A stretch of 64,000 nt of DNA from Eledone cirrhosa (taxonomy: Eukaryota): positions 101,184,001-101,248,000 of the forward strand of contig OZ024743.1 of assembly GCA_964016885.1 (NCBI GenBank), written 5' to 3'. The notes under the pieces are model-generated. The model did not search any database. It was not told where the DNA came from and worked only from the letters and a program-made list of their open reading frames with translations. Made by a program: the position numbers and the translations under genes. Positions 28,739 to 41,568 of this stretch are shown here, one piece after another (position 1 is the first letter of the stretch; each line of letters begins with the position of its first letter).

Positions 28739-29088
28739 TAAACCATTTTGTTTGTTTACCCTAGCGTCCCCCTTATTTACGTGTCCCAACGACTTTTTTT
28801 AGCCGTTGCTCGCACCAACCTGAGGTATATGGCCTTTAATGCGACGAAATGCCTACGACGGTTGGAAGGCCACTGATGAGGACAAACTTTTTCATATATA
28901 TATATATATATATATTTAGTAATAATAATAAATTTGAAGACTAAAATCCAAAGAGGGCTCGATAAGGATAAATATATATCAAACATATAAGAACCGTAGA
29001 GCAAATATCACACTTAACGGGATCTTCTGAAGATCCCGTTAAGGGTGAAAGCAGCGATTCTTTGCTTAAACTTTAATCTGTTATTTTA

Positions 29089-29176
<88 letters not shown>

Positions 29177-29255
29177 AAGGAATTGTGGTAAGGAACCAGA
29201 TGGACCATAACGCACCAGAGTACTCAATACTTAGGGTAGTAAAGTGGGAAATAAG

Positions 29256-29378
29256 AAAAAGTATGACCCCGACGGCAGAGCCCAAGCCGTTTCGACGGCT
29301 ATTTCTGGACTAAATTCAATTTAGTCCAGAAATAGCCGTCGAAACGGCTTGAGCTCTGCCGTCGGGGTCATACTTTTT
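29256..29378. repeat. Near-perfect 123-bp palindrome, centre ~29317
   Basis: AAAAAGTATGACCCCGACGGCAGAG...TAAATT-C-AATTTA...CTCTGCCGTCGGGGTCATACTTTTT with one mismatch. Confidence 0.93.
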
Positions 29379-29379
29379 G

Positions 29380-29518
<139 letters not shown>

Positions 29519-29532
29519 TATATATATATACG

Positions 29533-29576
<44 letters not shown>

Positions 29577-29669
29577 TATACACATACACATATGTACACG
29601 CATATACGCATATAAATATAAGGATGCACATATGTAGTTATATATGCACACACACAAACACGCGCTCGA

Positions 29670-29713
<44 letters not shown>

Positions 29714-29841
29714 GCATATATACGTGAATTTATGTATACACTAAATCCATAAATATATTTTGTATGTTTTAAATGTACGGTATGTAGGTACATCAAATTT
29801 ATGTTTTCATAATTGCATATTTGTGTGTGTGTGTTAATGTC

Positions 29842-29876
<35 letters not shown>

Positions 29877-30202
29877 TTGAACGCTTGTGTGTGTGTTACT
29901 GTCTATATATATATGTGTGTGTGTGTGTGTTTTAATGTCTATATATGTGTATGTGTGTGTGTGTGTGTTAATGTCTATATATGTGTATGTGTATATGTAT
30001 GTGTGTGTGTGTTAATATCTATATATGTGTGTGTGTGTGTGTGTGTTGTCTATATGTGTGTGTGTTAATGTCTATATATGTGTGTAATGTAAAAAGCGAA
30101 TAGCAAGGGAGAGGGGAGAAAGAAATAGAAATGTATATAGAGACAGAGAGAGGGGGATGGGTAGAAGGTGGAGAGAGATTGAATCTTTCGTGTGAACGAG
30201 AG

Positions 30203-30283
<81 letters not shown>

Positions 30284-30433
30284 TATATATATGTTTATAT
30301 ATATATGTTTATATATACATATATATATATACAATATATATATATGTTTATATATATATACACACATATATATATATATATATATGTTTATATATATACA
30401 CACATATATATATATATATATATATATGTTTAT

Positions 30434-30469
<36 letters not shown>

Positions 30470-30607
30470 TATGGAATACTGTTAGCTTCTCGCTACAACA
30501 ATTTCTATACCTTTCATTTATATATATATATATATATATATGTTTATATATATATACACACATATATATATATATATGTTTATACACACACACACACACA
30601 CACACAC

Positions 30608-30644
<37 letters not shown>

Positions 30645-30653
30645 AAAGAGAGA

Positions 30654-30711
<58 letters not shown>

Positions 30712-30909
30712 GTGAGAGAGAGAGAAATGATGTGTAATAGAGGAGAGCATCTTTAGACAGAAATGGCTTTGAGTGAGAATGCACCGATAGTTGCAGGCAT
30801 GAAAGGGAGACAACTGATTGTGGGGGAAACGTTTGAATGTTTTCAGTGGCAAACCAGATAATATTAATAATAATAACAACAATAATAACTATAACCACAA
30901 AAACAATGA

Positions 30910-31385
30910 TTTCTTTATTGTCCACAAGGGCTGACATCAAGAAAAACATTACAGACGGCACAGGGCGGTACAGGACGGTACGATGTGGGTTTTGTGCGTG
31001 TAAATATTTTTATTATTTATATAAGAAAAGAAAAAAAAAGAACATAAACATATATATATATAAAGAATAAAAATGAAAATTGAAACAATGAAAAATTCCC
31101 CAATAGGGGGGAAACCTCCGAGGGTTACTCGTGGCGAAAACCACACAAAAGACCACGGCCACCCTGACCACCAGGGCAAGCATCCTCTCTCAATTTTTCC
31201 ATTTCTCAAACTACAGGCGTATATTCAGAGTGGTCCCGTTCACTCGGACCATTCTCGCTACATTCACCCACCTTTCAACAAACTTGCTAGAGGGCAGCAC
31301 TTGCCTCTCCACCCTGATTTCCCTCTTCAAGTGAAACTTGAAAAAGTTAATTAGGGATTCGCCGAAGAGGAAAGTGTTTGTCTTT
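30910..31385 (-). mobile_element. 5'-truncated copy (ORF2 C-terminus + 3'UTR) of an L1/Tx1 family related to the element at 41.1-46.9 kb
   Basis: Minus strand reads FNFFKFHLKREIRVERQVLPSSKFVERWVNVARMVRVNGTTLNIRL*, against FFRYHFGRRIRMEREVLHPSRFYERWVKVARMARVNGPSLYISL* of ORF2. Followed by a T-rich 3'UTR and AATAAAG. Confidence 0.85.
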
Positions 31386-31391
31386 AACCAT

Positions 31392-31841
31392 TTGGTGGTG
31401 GTTGTGGTGGAGGTAGTGGTGGTGGGGTGGTGGTGGTGGTTGTGGTTGTGGTGGTTGTAGTGTTGATGATGATGATGATGATGGTTGTGGTGGTGGTGGT
31501 GGTGGTGGTGGTGGTGATGATAGTGCAGGGGGGGGGGGGTTGTAGTGTTGATGATGATGGTGGTTGTGGTGGTGGTGATGGTGGTGGTGGTGGTGTTGAT
31601 GATGATAGTGGTTGTGGTGGTGGTGGTGGTGGTGGTGGTTGTGGTGGTGTTGATGATGATAGTGGTTGTGGTGATGGTGGTGGTGGTGGTGGTGTTGATG
31701 ATGGTGGTGGTTGTGGTGATGGTGGTGGTTGTGGTGGTGGTGGTGGTGGTGGTGGTGGTGGTGGTGGTGCTAGTGGTGGAGGTGGTTGTGGTAGTAGTGT
31801 GGAGGTGGTGTGGGGGTGGGGGTGGTGGTGCTGCTGATGGT

Positions 31842-31872
<31 letters not shown>

Positions 31873-32311
31873 GTGGTGATGGTAGTGGAGGTGATGGTGG
31901 TGGTGGTGTTGGTGGTGGTGGTGGTGGTGGTGGTGGTGTTTGTGGTGGTGGTGGTGGTGGTGGTGGTGGTGGTTGTGGTGGTGGTATGGTGGTGGTGGTG
32001 GTGGTGGTGTTGGTGGTGTTGGTGGTTGTGGTGGTTGTAGTGTTGATGATGATGGTGGTTGTGGTGGCGGTGGTGTTAGTGGTGGTGGTGGTGTGGTGGT
32101 GTTGTTGTTCTTGTTGTTGTTGGTGGTGGTGGTGGTGTGGTGGTGGTGGTGGTGGTAGTGTGGTGGTGGTGGTGGTAGTGGTGGTGGTGTGGTGGTGGTG
32201 GTAGTAGTGGTGGTTGTGGTGGTGGTGGTGTTGGCGGTGGTGGTGGTGGTGATGGTGGTGGTTGCGGTAGTGTTGATGATGATGGTGGTTGTGGTGGTGG
32301 TGGTGGTGGTG
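31392..32311. repeat. Degenerate (GGT)n low-complexity tract
   Basis: GGT/GAT/GTT triplets; all frames give homopolymeric peptides. Confidence 0.93.
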
Positions 32312-33109
32312 GATCGCTTTTTTATTGTGTTATCAGCCATTTTCTTTTTTTAAAATACTGTTTGATGTTGAACAACGACACCTAGTGGTGAAGGCGTTCT
32401 TTAGAACAATGAAAACTGATTCAAACCCCAGCCATTATTATTAATGTACTGAGTAATTGCTGGCCTTGTGCCTAAAGTAGAAACAATTATTATTATTATT
32501 ATTGTTTTGTTTGTGGTTAGGTCTCTTTGGTTTATCTCGGGTTAGTTCATTTGGGTGCTGTCTAATATTTCACCGATTCCATTAATCTCTTGCTTTCCCC
32601 TTTTCCTTCTCTCATTGTTTCACTTGAACCAAAAATAAATAAATAATTCAGTTAATAATTGTAATAAAACGAAGAAATACATAAATAGATAAATCTGTTT
32701 TTAGCCCTTATAATTCAGGATGTATTTCTGTCAATTAAGAGGGGTTGCCCAGTGTTAACATGTTGGGATTGTTTTGCTCCTGAAAGAAGCCGAGACTAAC
32801 TTTGTTTAAAGTCTATTTGCAGTTGAAAACTAATTGCACTAATTAGTATAATAGGGGGAGGATGACGTGACATCAAAATCATTCTACAAAGTTAGTTATT
32901 TCTAATGTTCGACGTAATGCCTTTAGTGGCTATGCGTACGTGTGTATGTGTGTGTATGTGTGTGTGTGTGTGTGTTTGAAAGAGCGAGGGAGAGAGAGAG
33001 GGGGAGAGAGTGTGAGAGAGGGTGAGAGAGAGTGAGAGAATGAGAGTGTGAGAGAGAGTTTGTAGAACTTCTGTGCCTTTCAGGAGCATAAGAACGTCAG
33101 ACAAAATGC

Positions 33110-33920
33110 TTTACACTACTTAGTCATGACCTTTTACGTTCTGTCGAGGTCAATGTTGTCTTGCATCCTTCCAGAGCCGATAAAATAAAGTACCAGTAAA
33201 GTACTGGGATCAATTTAACCGACTACATTTCTCCTCCCAAAATTGTTAGACTTGTGATTAAGTATCGTATAAGGCGGCGGATTGGCAGAATTATTTGACA
33301 GTTGGACAGAACGTTTTGCACTACTTCTGGATCTTTACGTTCTGAGTTCAAAACCCATCAAGGTCAACATTTGTTTTTCATCCTTCCAGGGTCGATAAAT
33401 ATAGTACCAGTCAAGTGCAAGGGTCGATATAATCGACTTTCTCTTCTTCTTCTTCTTCTTCTTCTTCTTCTTCTTCTTCTTCTTCTTCTTCTTCTTCTTC
33501 TTCGCCCACTTATTTCTGGGAGGGTCGTGGGGGAAGAGTCCTCAAACACTCCCCCCAGCACGTCCTGTCAGAAGCAACTGTCTCCAACTGATCGACTTTC
33601 TCCTCCCCCAAAATGTCTGACTTTGTGCCAATGTTTTCATCCTTACAGGGTCGATAAAATAAAGTACCAGTCACGCACTGGTACTTTCTCCTCCCCCAGA
33701 ATTGCTGGCCTAGTGCTTATATAAGAAACCATTATTGTGGTGATGGATTGACAGAATAATATTTAGTTATGACTCTTTAGGTTCTGAGTTCAAATAGCAC
33801 CGGGGTCAACTTTGGTTTTTCATTCTTCCGGGATCAATAAGATGGCAGCCAAGTACTGGGGTCGATTTAATCAACTTGCATCTCCCACAAATTACTGGAC
33901 TTCTTCCTATTTTAGAAACC
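33110..33920 (+). mobile_element. Cluster of 3-4 decayed octopus-type tRNA-SINE copies, with a (CTT)n insertion
   Basis: Repeated GTTCTGAGTTCAAA...GTCAAC...TTCATCC...GTCGATAAAATAAAGTACCAGT motifs; head AAGGCGGCGGATTGGCAGAA at ~33271. Confidence 0.75.
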
Positions 33921-34553
33921 ATTATTTAATGTTAATGGAACTGGCTATAATCGGAATTTTTGCTTCTACACTTAAGTACTTGACTAGTACTCATTTTATC
34001 GACTCGAGATGTGATATCAAAGGAAGGAAACTATTCAATAATAATGATACTATTTAAAGAACAAAAAATATTCAATACTAAAAGCATTTCGTTATTTATT
34101 TGGTACACTAATCTCTAATATCGCTGAAAATTTAAACTGAATCAACTTTAGCAATAATGAATTATTAGGAAGCATAAATATCAGTACTTCTCTCATTTTA
34201 ATTAAAACATTTTCTAAATAATTTAGACATTTTAATCTTATTATTATTACTTTTTATAGTAATGATTTCCAAATGTCTTTTTATTCTTAAAACTCGTCTG
34301 CATCGGCCCAGAAATAACTGAATATAAAGTTCAGAAGAATTAGAACGCCGAGAAAAGAGTAGAATAATATAGCGTTTTGTCTTTTTGGTCTTCGCGTGCA
34401 GATTGGGAAAATAAAGTAAAAGAACGAAGTTGAAGTTTTAATTTGGAAGGGAAAAGGATGGCTAACCGAGAAACGTGATGTAAGAGGGTGAGAAGCAAAG
34501 ACAGCAAACTGAAGAAGGAAAATGGGCAGCAAGTTTGACGGGAAGGTAAATAA

Positions 34554-34685
34554 GTACATTATATATCATATTGGTCCAGTGCCGGGTTTACCATTGTGCC
34601 TAGGTGTGCTCCAGCACAAGCCCCGTACATTCTATATCATATTGGTTCAGTGCCGGGTTTACCATTGTGCCTAGGTGTGCTCCAC
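34554..34685. repeat. Tandem duplication of ~60 bp (period 71)
   Basis: GTACATT-TATATCATATTGGT-CAGTGCCGGGTTTACCATTGTGCCTAGGTGTGCTCCA occurs twice. Confidence 0.8.
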
Positions 34686-36049
34686 TACAGGGAGGGGGTC
34701 CCATCTTCCTGTAAAATAACTTTTTACGATGAATTTTTCAAATGGTTGGAACGCCATAACTTAACTAGCACGCCTCATTTGTCCTAAATCCTTGATGTCC
34801 AAGCAGTGGAATCCTTAAAGTGGCACCCTGATAAGTGCTTCTCCTGACAAGCTAAACTTAGTAAGGAACTAGATACTTGAAGAGATGGACACCGCCAAAT
34901 ATTTCTAAGGTTCATTGAAATGCTATGATAAATATGAAGTCAAACGTCTAGAGTAGCACTCCAGCAGCTGGCTGCACCAGTCACGGAAACTTGATTGATT
35001 AATATGATAGGACTCAAAGTGTATCTCTCTTGAAACAGCGTTACCATTTCTAAACGATTCATCACAACATTTGGACACATAGATCGAGATATATCCCAGA
35101 ATATTTCATTTAAAAAACATTTGAATCCAATATTTTAAACTCAAGAAACATAGAGTATGTAAAAAAGGGTGATGTAGAAAGAATGAAAGTTCTATCAGAG
35201 TGGGAGTAGAAGAGAGATGGAAGAAATTGTTTAAAAGGAGGTAAAACAAAATTAATTGTGTATACATTTTTTCTTACTCTTCAACTCACCCCGTTACATC
35301 CATTTGATCTCCTTGTTTTTCTGTCTCTTTTTTTTTTATATTTTATCATTTTTATTCCATTTTGTCATTCATAAATAATGAAGATTTTGTGATTCCCATA
35401 TTTGTTGTTATTTAAGTAAGGTAGTGAATACCTGACGTTCTGGATAGGTACACTCATGCAGGAAACATATTTCATGACATTTTTTATAAACTCTATTTTC
35501 TAAATCTGAGGGTAAACCATTGAAAAGTGTAAATGTGTGTGAGAGGGGTGGGTGGGGTGTTATCCAGTACCCTACCACCTTGGCGACGGGCCCATCTCTC
35601 TCTCTAGATTAGAATGTCAATCTATCGCATATTTTACTCAGCACACTTCATTAAAAATTAATTAGTCACTTGTTAATTCGCTCTTATCACTCCTACCTGC
35701 AACCGAGAGCCTTTACATAAGTCACTCGATGTACTACAAATAGCAGTCAAATCTCTTTCACTTCACACCCAGTTGTCTTTTAAAAAGTCAAGGACACATA
35801 TGATTCCAATGTAATGAAGGAGTGTATACATTATACATTAGACAAAGAGGAGATGGTCATCACTTGGACATCTTTGATCATTAGTCCGGCCATTAAGGAC
35901 TGACCCCCCCCCTCCCATCTATATATACTACGAGGTGCTAGAAACATTTGGAAGAGATAAGACAATGTGAACTGAAAGCTATAGTCCTGTGACCTTGTTC
36001 ATATCAATATACAGATACATTTGTGCTGTTCAAATGATGCTAAAATATG

Positions 36050-36420
36050 TTTTCTAATTTAGGCACAAGGCCAGCAATTTGAGGGAAAGGGAAAGTCGTA
36101 TAAATACCAGTAATTGACAGGTACTGTATTTTATTCACCCCTGGAAGGATGAAAGTCAAAGTTAACCTTGGCGGGATTTTAACTTAGAACATATCAAACC
36201 ATAACCAAATACTATGAAGCATTTTAACGATTCTGCCAATCCACTACTTCTATTAATATTTTCTGATTTAGGTAGAAAGTCTAGTACTTTACTGATACTG
36301 TTATCGATATGGGGGGGATGAGTGGCAAAGTTGGCAGGATTTCAATTCAAAACGTAAAGAACCTGAACAAATGCTGTATTTTGTTGGACACTCTGATGAT
36401 TCTGCCAATTTCCCGCCCTC
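36050..36420 (-). mobile_element. Two decayed copies of the same tRNA-SINE family
   Basis: GGCACAAGGCCAGCAATTT...GGAAGGATGAAAGTCAAAGTTAACCTTGGCGGGATTT...CTGCCAATCCAC. Confidence 0.7.
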
Positions 36421-37287
36421 ACCACCCTAGTAATAAACTACAACCTCGTATAAATGGAGCCAACGTTCTAGGCGACGTTCGACTTAGGAATATAATTAGC
36501 AACCGAAATCTTTCTTCAGCTCCCAAATCAAACTCTGCCGTCTTTACAAAAGAATAACAAATTAGACAACGTAGATACATCACTGAGTCGTGAGAATGTC
36601 AGAGGGTATTTTTGCCGTATTTGTTCCGGTTCTCTGTGATCAAATTCCGCTGACATCAACTTTGCTTATCACCATTTCGAGGTTGATAAAAAGTACTATT
36701 CCAGTATTAGTGTCTATTCTTCCTGTATCTCACGTTCTCTCTCCCCCTCTCTCTTTTTTTCTTCCTTCTCTGGAAGAAATCGGCTGTGTTGCAGCCTGGG
36801 AAGGATTTGGGCTCCGCTAGGTTTAAAGTACTCGAGACACGCCGTATGTAACAACAGTACGGGTATGACTCCACCAGAAGTTTCTGGTCTATATATACAG
36901 TCATAGATATAAGAGTCACTTCTGAAGCATTTTTGATCATAGGTCTGCTTGATCAGAAGTAAGCAGTATTTAAACAGCAGCAGTAGCTTTGTATGAATAG
37001 CTTTTTCTCTGAAGTCTCTTTGCTATCAGTGATTCATTCACTGATGATGGCAATGAATGTATCACTGACAGCAGATACACACACGAACACACACACACAT
37101 ACACACACACACATTCACGTATACCTGCATACATATATATATATATGGAAATTCATTTTGCTGGATACAGATTTAGCATCGTTTTAACAGGACAAATATA
37201 TCTGCGCATTGTTATCGATCAGGATCACGTGATCGTAGCTTTCAGTACATATTGTCTTATCTCTTCTAAAAGTTTCTGACACCTCAT

Positions 37288-37366
<79 letters not shown>

Positions 37367-37642
37367 GACAAGTTTCGTAAAATAATCAATAGATCAAAGC
37401 GGAATAGATCAAACCTAAGTATTTCATGTCTAGTAAATCATGTATAATGTTTAGAGTTGTCTTCATATTTACCAAATATCACCCCCCCCCCCTCCCGCTC
37501 CTCATTCAATTTTTAATCAATTCTGATTTCTGAGTTATTTCTCTTGGTTTTTCTGACATCAATTAACGTAAAACTGTAATTTTAAGGGACTAGGATTATT
37601 TTCAACACACTGACGTGTATGTGTGTATGTGTGTGTGTGTGT

Positions 37643-37693
<51 letters not shown>

Positions 37694-38119
37694 TGTATGT
37701 GCATATGCATACATTTATATGTATGAGTATATAAATATAAACACGCAAACACAGACACACTTACAAAAATATACACTCACAGACATACATTCACACAAAT
37801 ATACATACATTCACACAAACACACACATTCAATCACACAAACACATACATATATTCACACAGTGTAGCAAATGGAACGCCAGCCACTGTTTTGCTATAGT
37901 TTTTTCACCATCCCCTTCCTGCCTTTTTCATACACATACATTCATTGTCCGTCACACTCATTGTGTGACGAAAGTCCCTCAAATTTACATATAGGTTGAT
38001 TATTTTTCTCTATTTTGACTTGCGAAGTTATGTGTTAATCGCGGTGTAACTAAATTCTGTTGTTGTTTTTTATGCAGAAAGCATCCCTGAGAAATATCCT
38101 ATATCGTTATAGTTTGACA

Positions 38120-38440
38120 CATGAATTAGTGGTGAGGATGTTGGGCTTACGATCGAAAAGTCTTCAGTTCGATTCCTGGCGGCACCTTGTATACTTGAGC
38201 AAGACACTTTCTTTCACGTCGCTCCAAGTCAGTCAGCAGGCAAAGATGAGTTGTATTTGTAATTCATACATTGTCCATGTCATACATTGTGTCACGCTCT
38301 ACCTCCCAAGAACCTCCTACGAGTACACGTATCTGTGTGGACTGCCTAGCCTCTTGTATGCTAAATTTACCGTCAGGCTGTTCCATAAATCGAATCTACA
38401 GGACCACTCAACGTCGGAACAAATGGAGGTCCAACGACAT
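38120..38440 (+). mobile_element. tRNA-headed SINE, second family
   Basis: A/B-box-like TAGTGGTGAGG...GTTCGATTCCTGG followed by CTTGAGCAAGACACTT, typical of invertebrate tRNA-SINE heads; followed by (GAA)n. Confidence 0.6.
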
Positions 38441-38704
38441 CATGTAGAAGAAGAAGAAGAAGAAGAAGAAGAAGAAGAAGAAGAAGAAGAAGAAGAAGAA
38501 ATGAAGTCCGTTTAAAACAAAATTCTCTGAGAGTTTAAACCAAGACCTGGCGGTTTCAATCAGTAATTATAGAACAATAGGTTTACATTAAAGATTGGTC
38601 TATTGTTTTTGAGGAAACTAACACCTTGCACATCTAAACAAACGTTTTTTAACAGAGTTTTTGAGAAAGTATCTTGTCAAAAGATTTCAGCTCTTTAAAG
38701 TAAA

Positions 38705-38915
38705 TGGTTTCAAATTTAGACACAAGACCAACCTTTTGTGGAGGAAGGGCAGATCGGTTACATCGACCCCAGTACTTGAACTGTTACTTTATTTTATCGA
38801 CCTCGGAAGGACAAAAAGCAAAGCTGATATCGGCGGGATTCGAAATCAGAAGGTAAAGTGCCAAAACAAATACTGCTAGGCATTTGTCCGTTACTCTAAC
38901 GACTCTATCAATCCA
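38705..38915 (-). mobile_element. Octopus-type tRNA-SINE copy
   Basis: TTTATTTTATCGACCTCGGAAGGAC...GGCGGGATTCGAAATCAGAA. Confidence 0.72.
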
Positions 38916-39136
38916 AAAAGTAAATCGTTTAAGAAAAGCTCCTTAATGACTTTAAAGTTTTAGGCGATAAATCATAAAGTTCATCCATAAACCAATTAAT
39001 ACTTTAAATGATTCGATCTAACTTAACTAAAGAGTCTTCATTATTTCAAGTCTGTTCTTCCGTACTTGCACTGGCTAGACGAAGGCCGCAGCTTATTCTG
39101 GTCTAATGAGATTTTAAGCGATTAAAAGTACAAGAA

Positions 39137-39692
39137 TCCTAACCCTAACCCTAATCTTAACCGTAAATCTAATCGCAACCTTAAACCTAACACTAATTCT
39201 AAACCTAACCCTAAACCTAACCTTAAACGTAACACTAATTCTAATCCTAACCTTAACCGTAAACCTAATCGCAATCTTAAACCTAACCTTAAACCTAACA
39301 CTAATTCTAATCCTAACCTTAAACCTAGCATTAATTCTAATCCTAACCTTAAACCTAACACTAATTCTAATCCTAACCTTAAACCTAACATTAATTCTAA
39401 TCCTAACCTTAAACCTAACATTAATTCTAATCCTAACCTTAAACCTAACACTAATTCTAATCCTAACCTTAAACCTAGCATTAATTCTAATCCTAACCTT
39501 AAACCTAACACTAATTCTAACCTAACCTTAAACGTAACCTTAATCCTATATATAAGTATAATCTTAACTCTAAATCTAACTTTTATCCTAACGCTAACCT
39601 TAACCATAAACCTAACCCTAACCCTAATCTTAACCCCATCCCTAATTCTAACCTTAATCTAAACCCTAACATTAATCCTAACCCTAACCTTA
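39137..39692. repeat. Degenerate interstitial telomere-like tract (CCCTAA-derived) with a 30-bp higher-order unit AAACCTAACACTAATTCTAATCCTAACCTT
   Basis: Short CCCTAA runs at the edges; ~7 copies of the 30-bp unit at 39290-39520. Confidence 0.8.
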
Positions 39693-40137
39693 CCTCCTAC
39701 ACGGGACATTACTCCGTCGCGAGTTGACTGGAACAACAAGAAATAAAATGAAACGAAGAGCTTTGTTTCAAAGTTATAACCTAACACCCGTCTATGAACT
39801 GGGGACCCCACCACCTTAACTATGTGATGTCAACACCATAACCACTGGGCCATACGCCGTCACAACAACTAGAAATAACATTCAAAACTCTAATTAGACA
39901 CCAGTGGAAAATGTTTTTAATAATTATCAATGGTCCACTTCGTATGTTAACTTCGTTTCTTCTGACTTAAAAAAACTCTTTTCATATCTCTTATTCAATT
40001 GTGACGGTGTACTTAAAGACACCAATTTTTCGAATGTAGTCATTGAAATGATCCAACGAATGTGTTTAATCAGTGAAATGAAACATATTTTAGGAAACTT
40101 CAGAGGATCGATAACCGAACACAACTTCTTTATACAC

Positions 40138-40268
40138 ATGTATGTATGTATGTATGTATGTATGTATGTATGTATGTATGTATGTATGTATGTATGTATG
40201 TATGTATGTATGTATGTATGTATGTATGTATGTATGTATGTATGTATGTATGTATGTATGTATGTATG
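40138..40268. repeat. (TATG)n microsatellite
   Basis: Perfect tetranucleotide run. Confidence 0.95.
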
Positions 40269-41360
40269 CATGCATGTGTGTATGTATGTGTGTATGTATG
40301 TGTGTGTGTATGTATGTGTGTGTGCATGTGTGTGTGCATGTGTACGTGTGCGAATGTATGTATTCATGTATGTATGTGTAAATGCTAATTATAATGTATT
40401 TATATGCAAATATGTGCGTGAGTGTGTGTGTGTTCAGAAATGTATATCTGAATATATATATATAAAATATACACATACATTCATACACATATATTCACAT
40501 ACACATACATTCACACACACACACAATACACACAAACACACACAAACACACACAAACACACATATTATCTGACACGATACTTTGCATAATACGTAATTGT
40601 ATAGCTATCAGAGGAAAACATAAAACACACACACACACAGACAGACACACACAGATACACACACAGATACACACACAGACAGACAGACAGACACACACAC
40701 ATACATACACACACACACGCTCAAAGGAATCAAAAACAGCCAAAATAACAAAGGACGACAAATATACACTACGGAACTACAAACTCGTCTACTCTATTGT
40801 AGGTAGCGTTTGATATCGTCTGCTAAATCGTTTGCGAAGTTAAATTAAGATTTATTTATTAAATTTGTCTGGAGATTACCTTTGAAGAGAAATCTTCACA
40901 TATTTTTTTCGAACAAAAGAGATTCCAGCTAACAATGGTATTTTTATCCATTTTCCATCAACTCATAAAGTTTAACCACGCTTCGTTACCGATCAGTTGT
41001 GTGTGGAATGTAGAATAGTGAAGATGTATATGTAGTTATGGATGTAATTATATATGTTTATATATGTTATTGTATTTCTATCTATCTGTTTATATATCTA
41101 TATATTTATATATTTATATATATCTATCTATCTATCTATCTACGATGGACACATGTGCTGAGCTCGCTCGGTAAGTTTTTGTTTAAATTCATACGGAAAT
41201 TGTAAACTGTAAACTTTCATTTTTGTATCATTTTGTAGAGGGACTGCCAGGTCAAATTTTGATCTGGTCGGTCTCTCAAAATATTCTGCGCCTTTGGGCG
41301 AAATAGTATTGTGATCATTTTATCTTTCGAAAAACTTCGAAAAACCCTATTTTGAGAAAA

Positions 41361-41537
41361 ATGGCTGAATCATCTTCACCATCAATCAAAGAAGGAAAGG
41401 GGAAGTCATACTCACAGCTTCCCCCTGCCACTGTCACAGCAGCAGATGCCAAAGGCAGAGGTCAGAGAGAGGAAGAATTGTCTTCACCTGTTGACCGACC
41501 ACTAGATGTAGCCACAACTACACAAGAATTTGAAAAC

Positions 41538-41568
<31 letters not shown>

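Noticed and set aside
31384-32340. Pro/His/Thr-rich 318-aa ORF (extensin-like) and Gly/Val-rich antisense ORFs
   Set aside because: Product of a (GGT)n low-complexity tract.
34800-35220. Possible hAT dimerisation-domain remnant on the minus strand
   Set aside because: Too degenerate to support by eye.
37948-37980. GTCACAC-TCATT-GTGTGAC-GAAA hairpin resembling family C stem II
   Set aside because: No CUGANGA upstream and no stem I; at most a remnant.
38120-38185. tRNA gene
   Set aside because: A/B-box-like motifs only, with no cloverleaf; continues into a SINE body.
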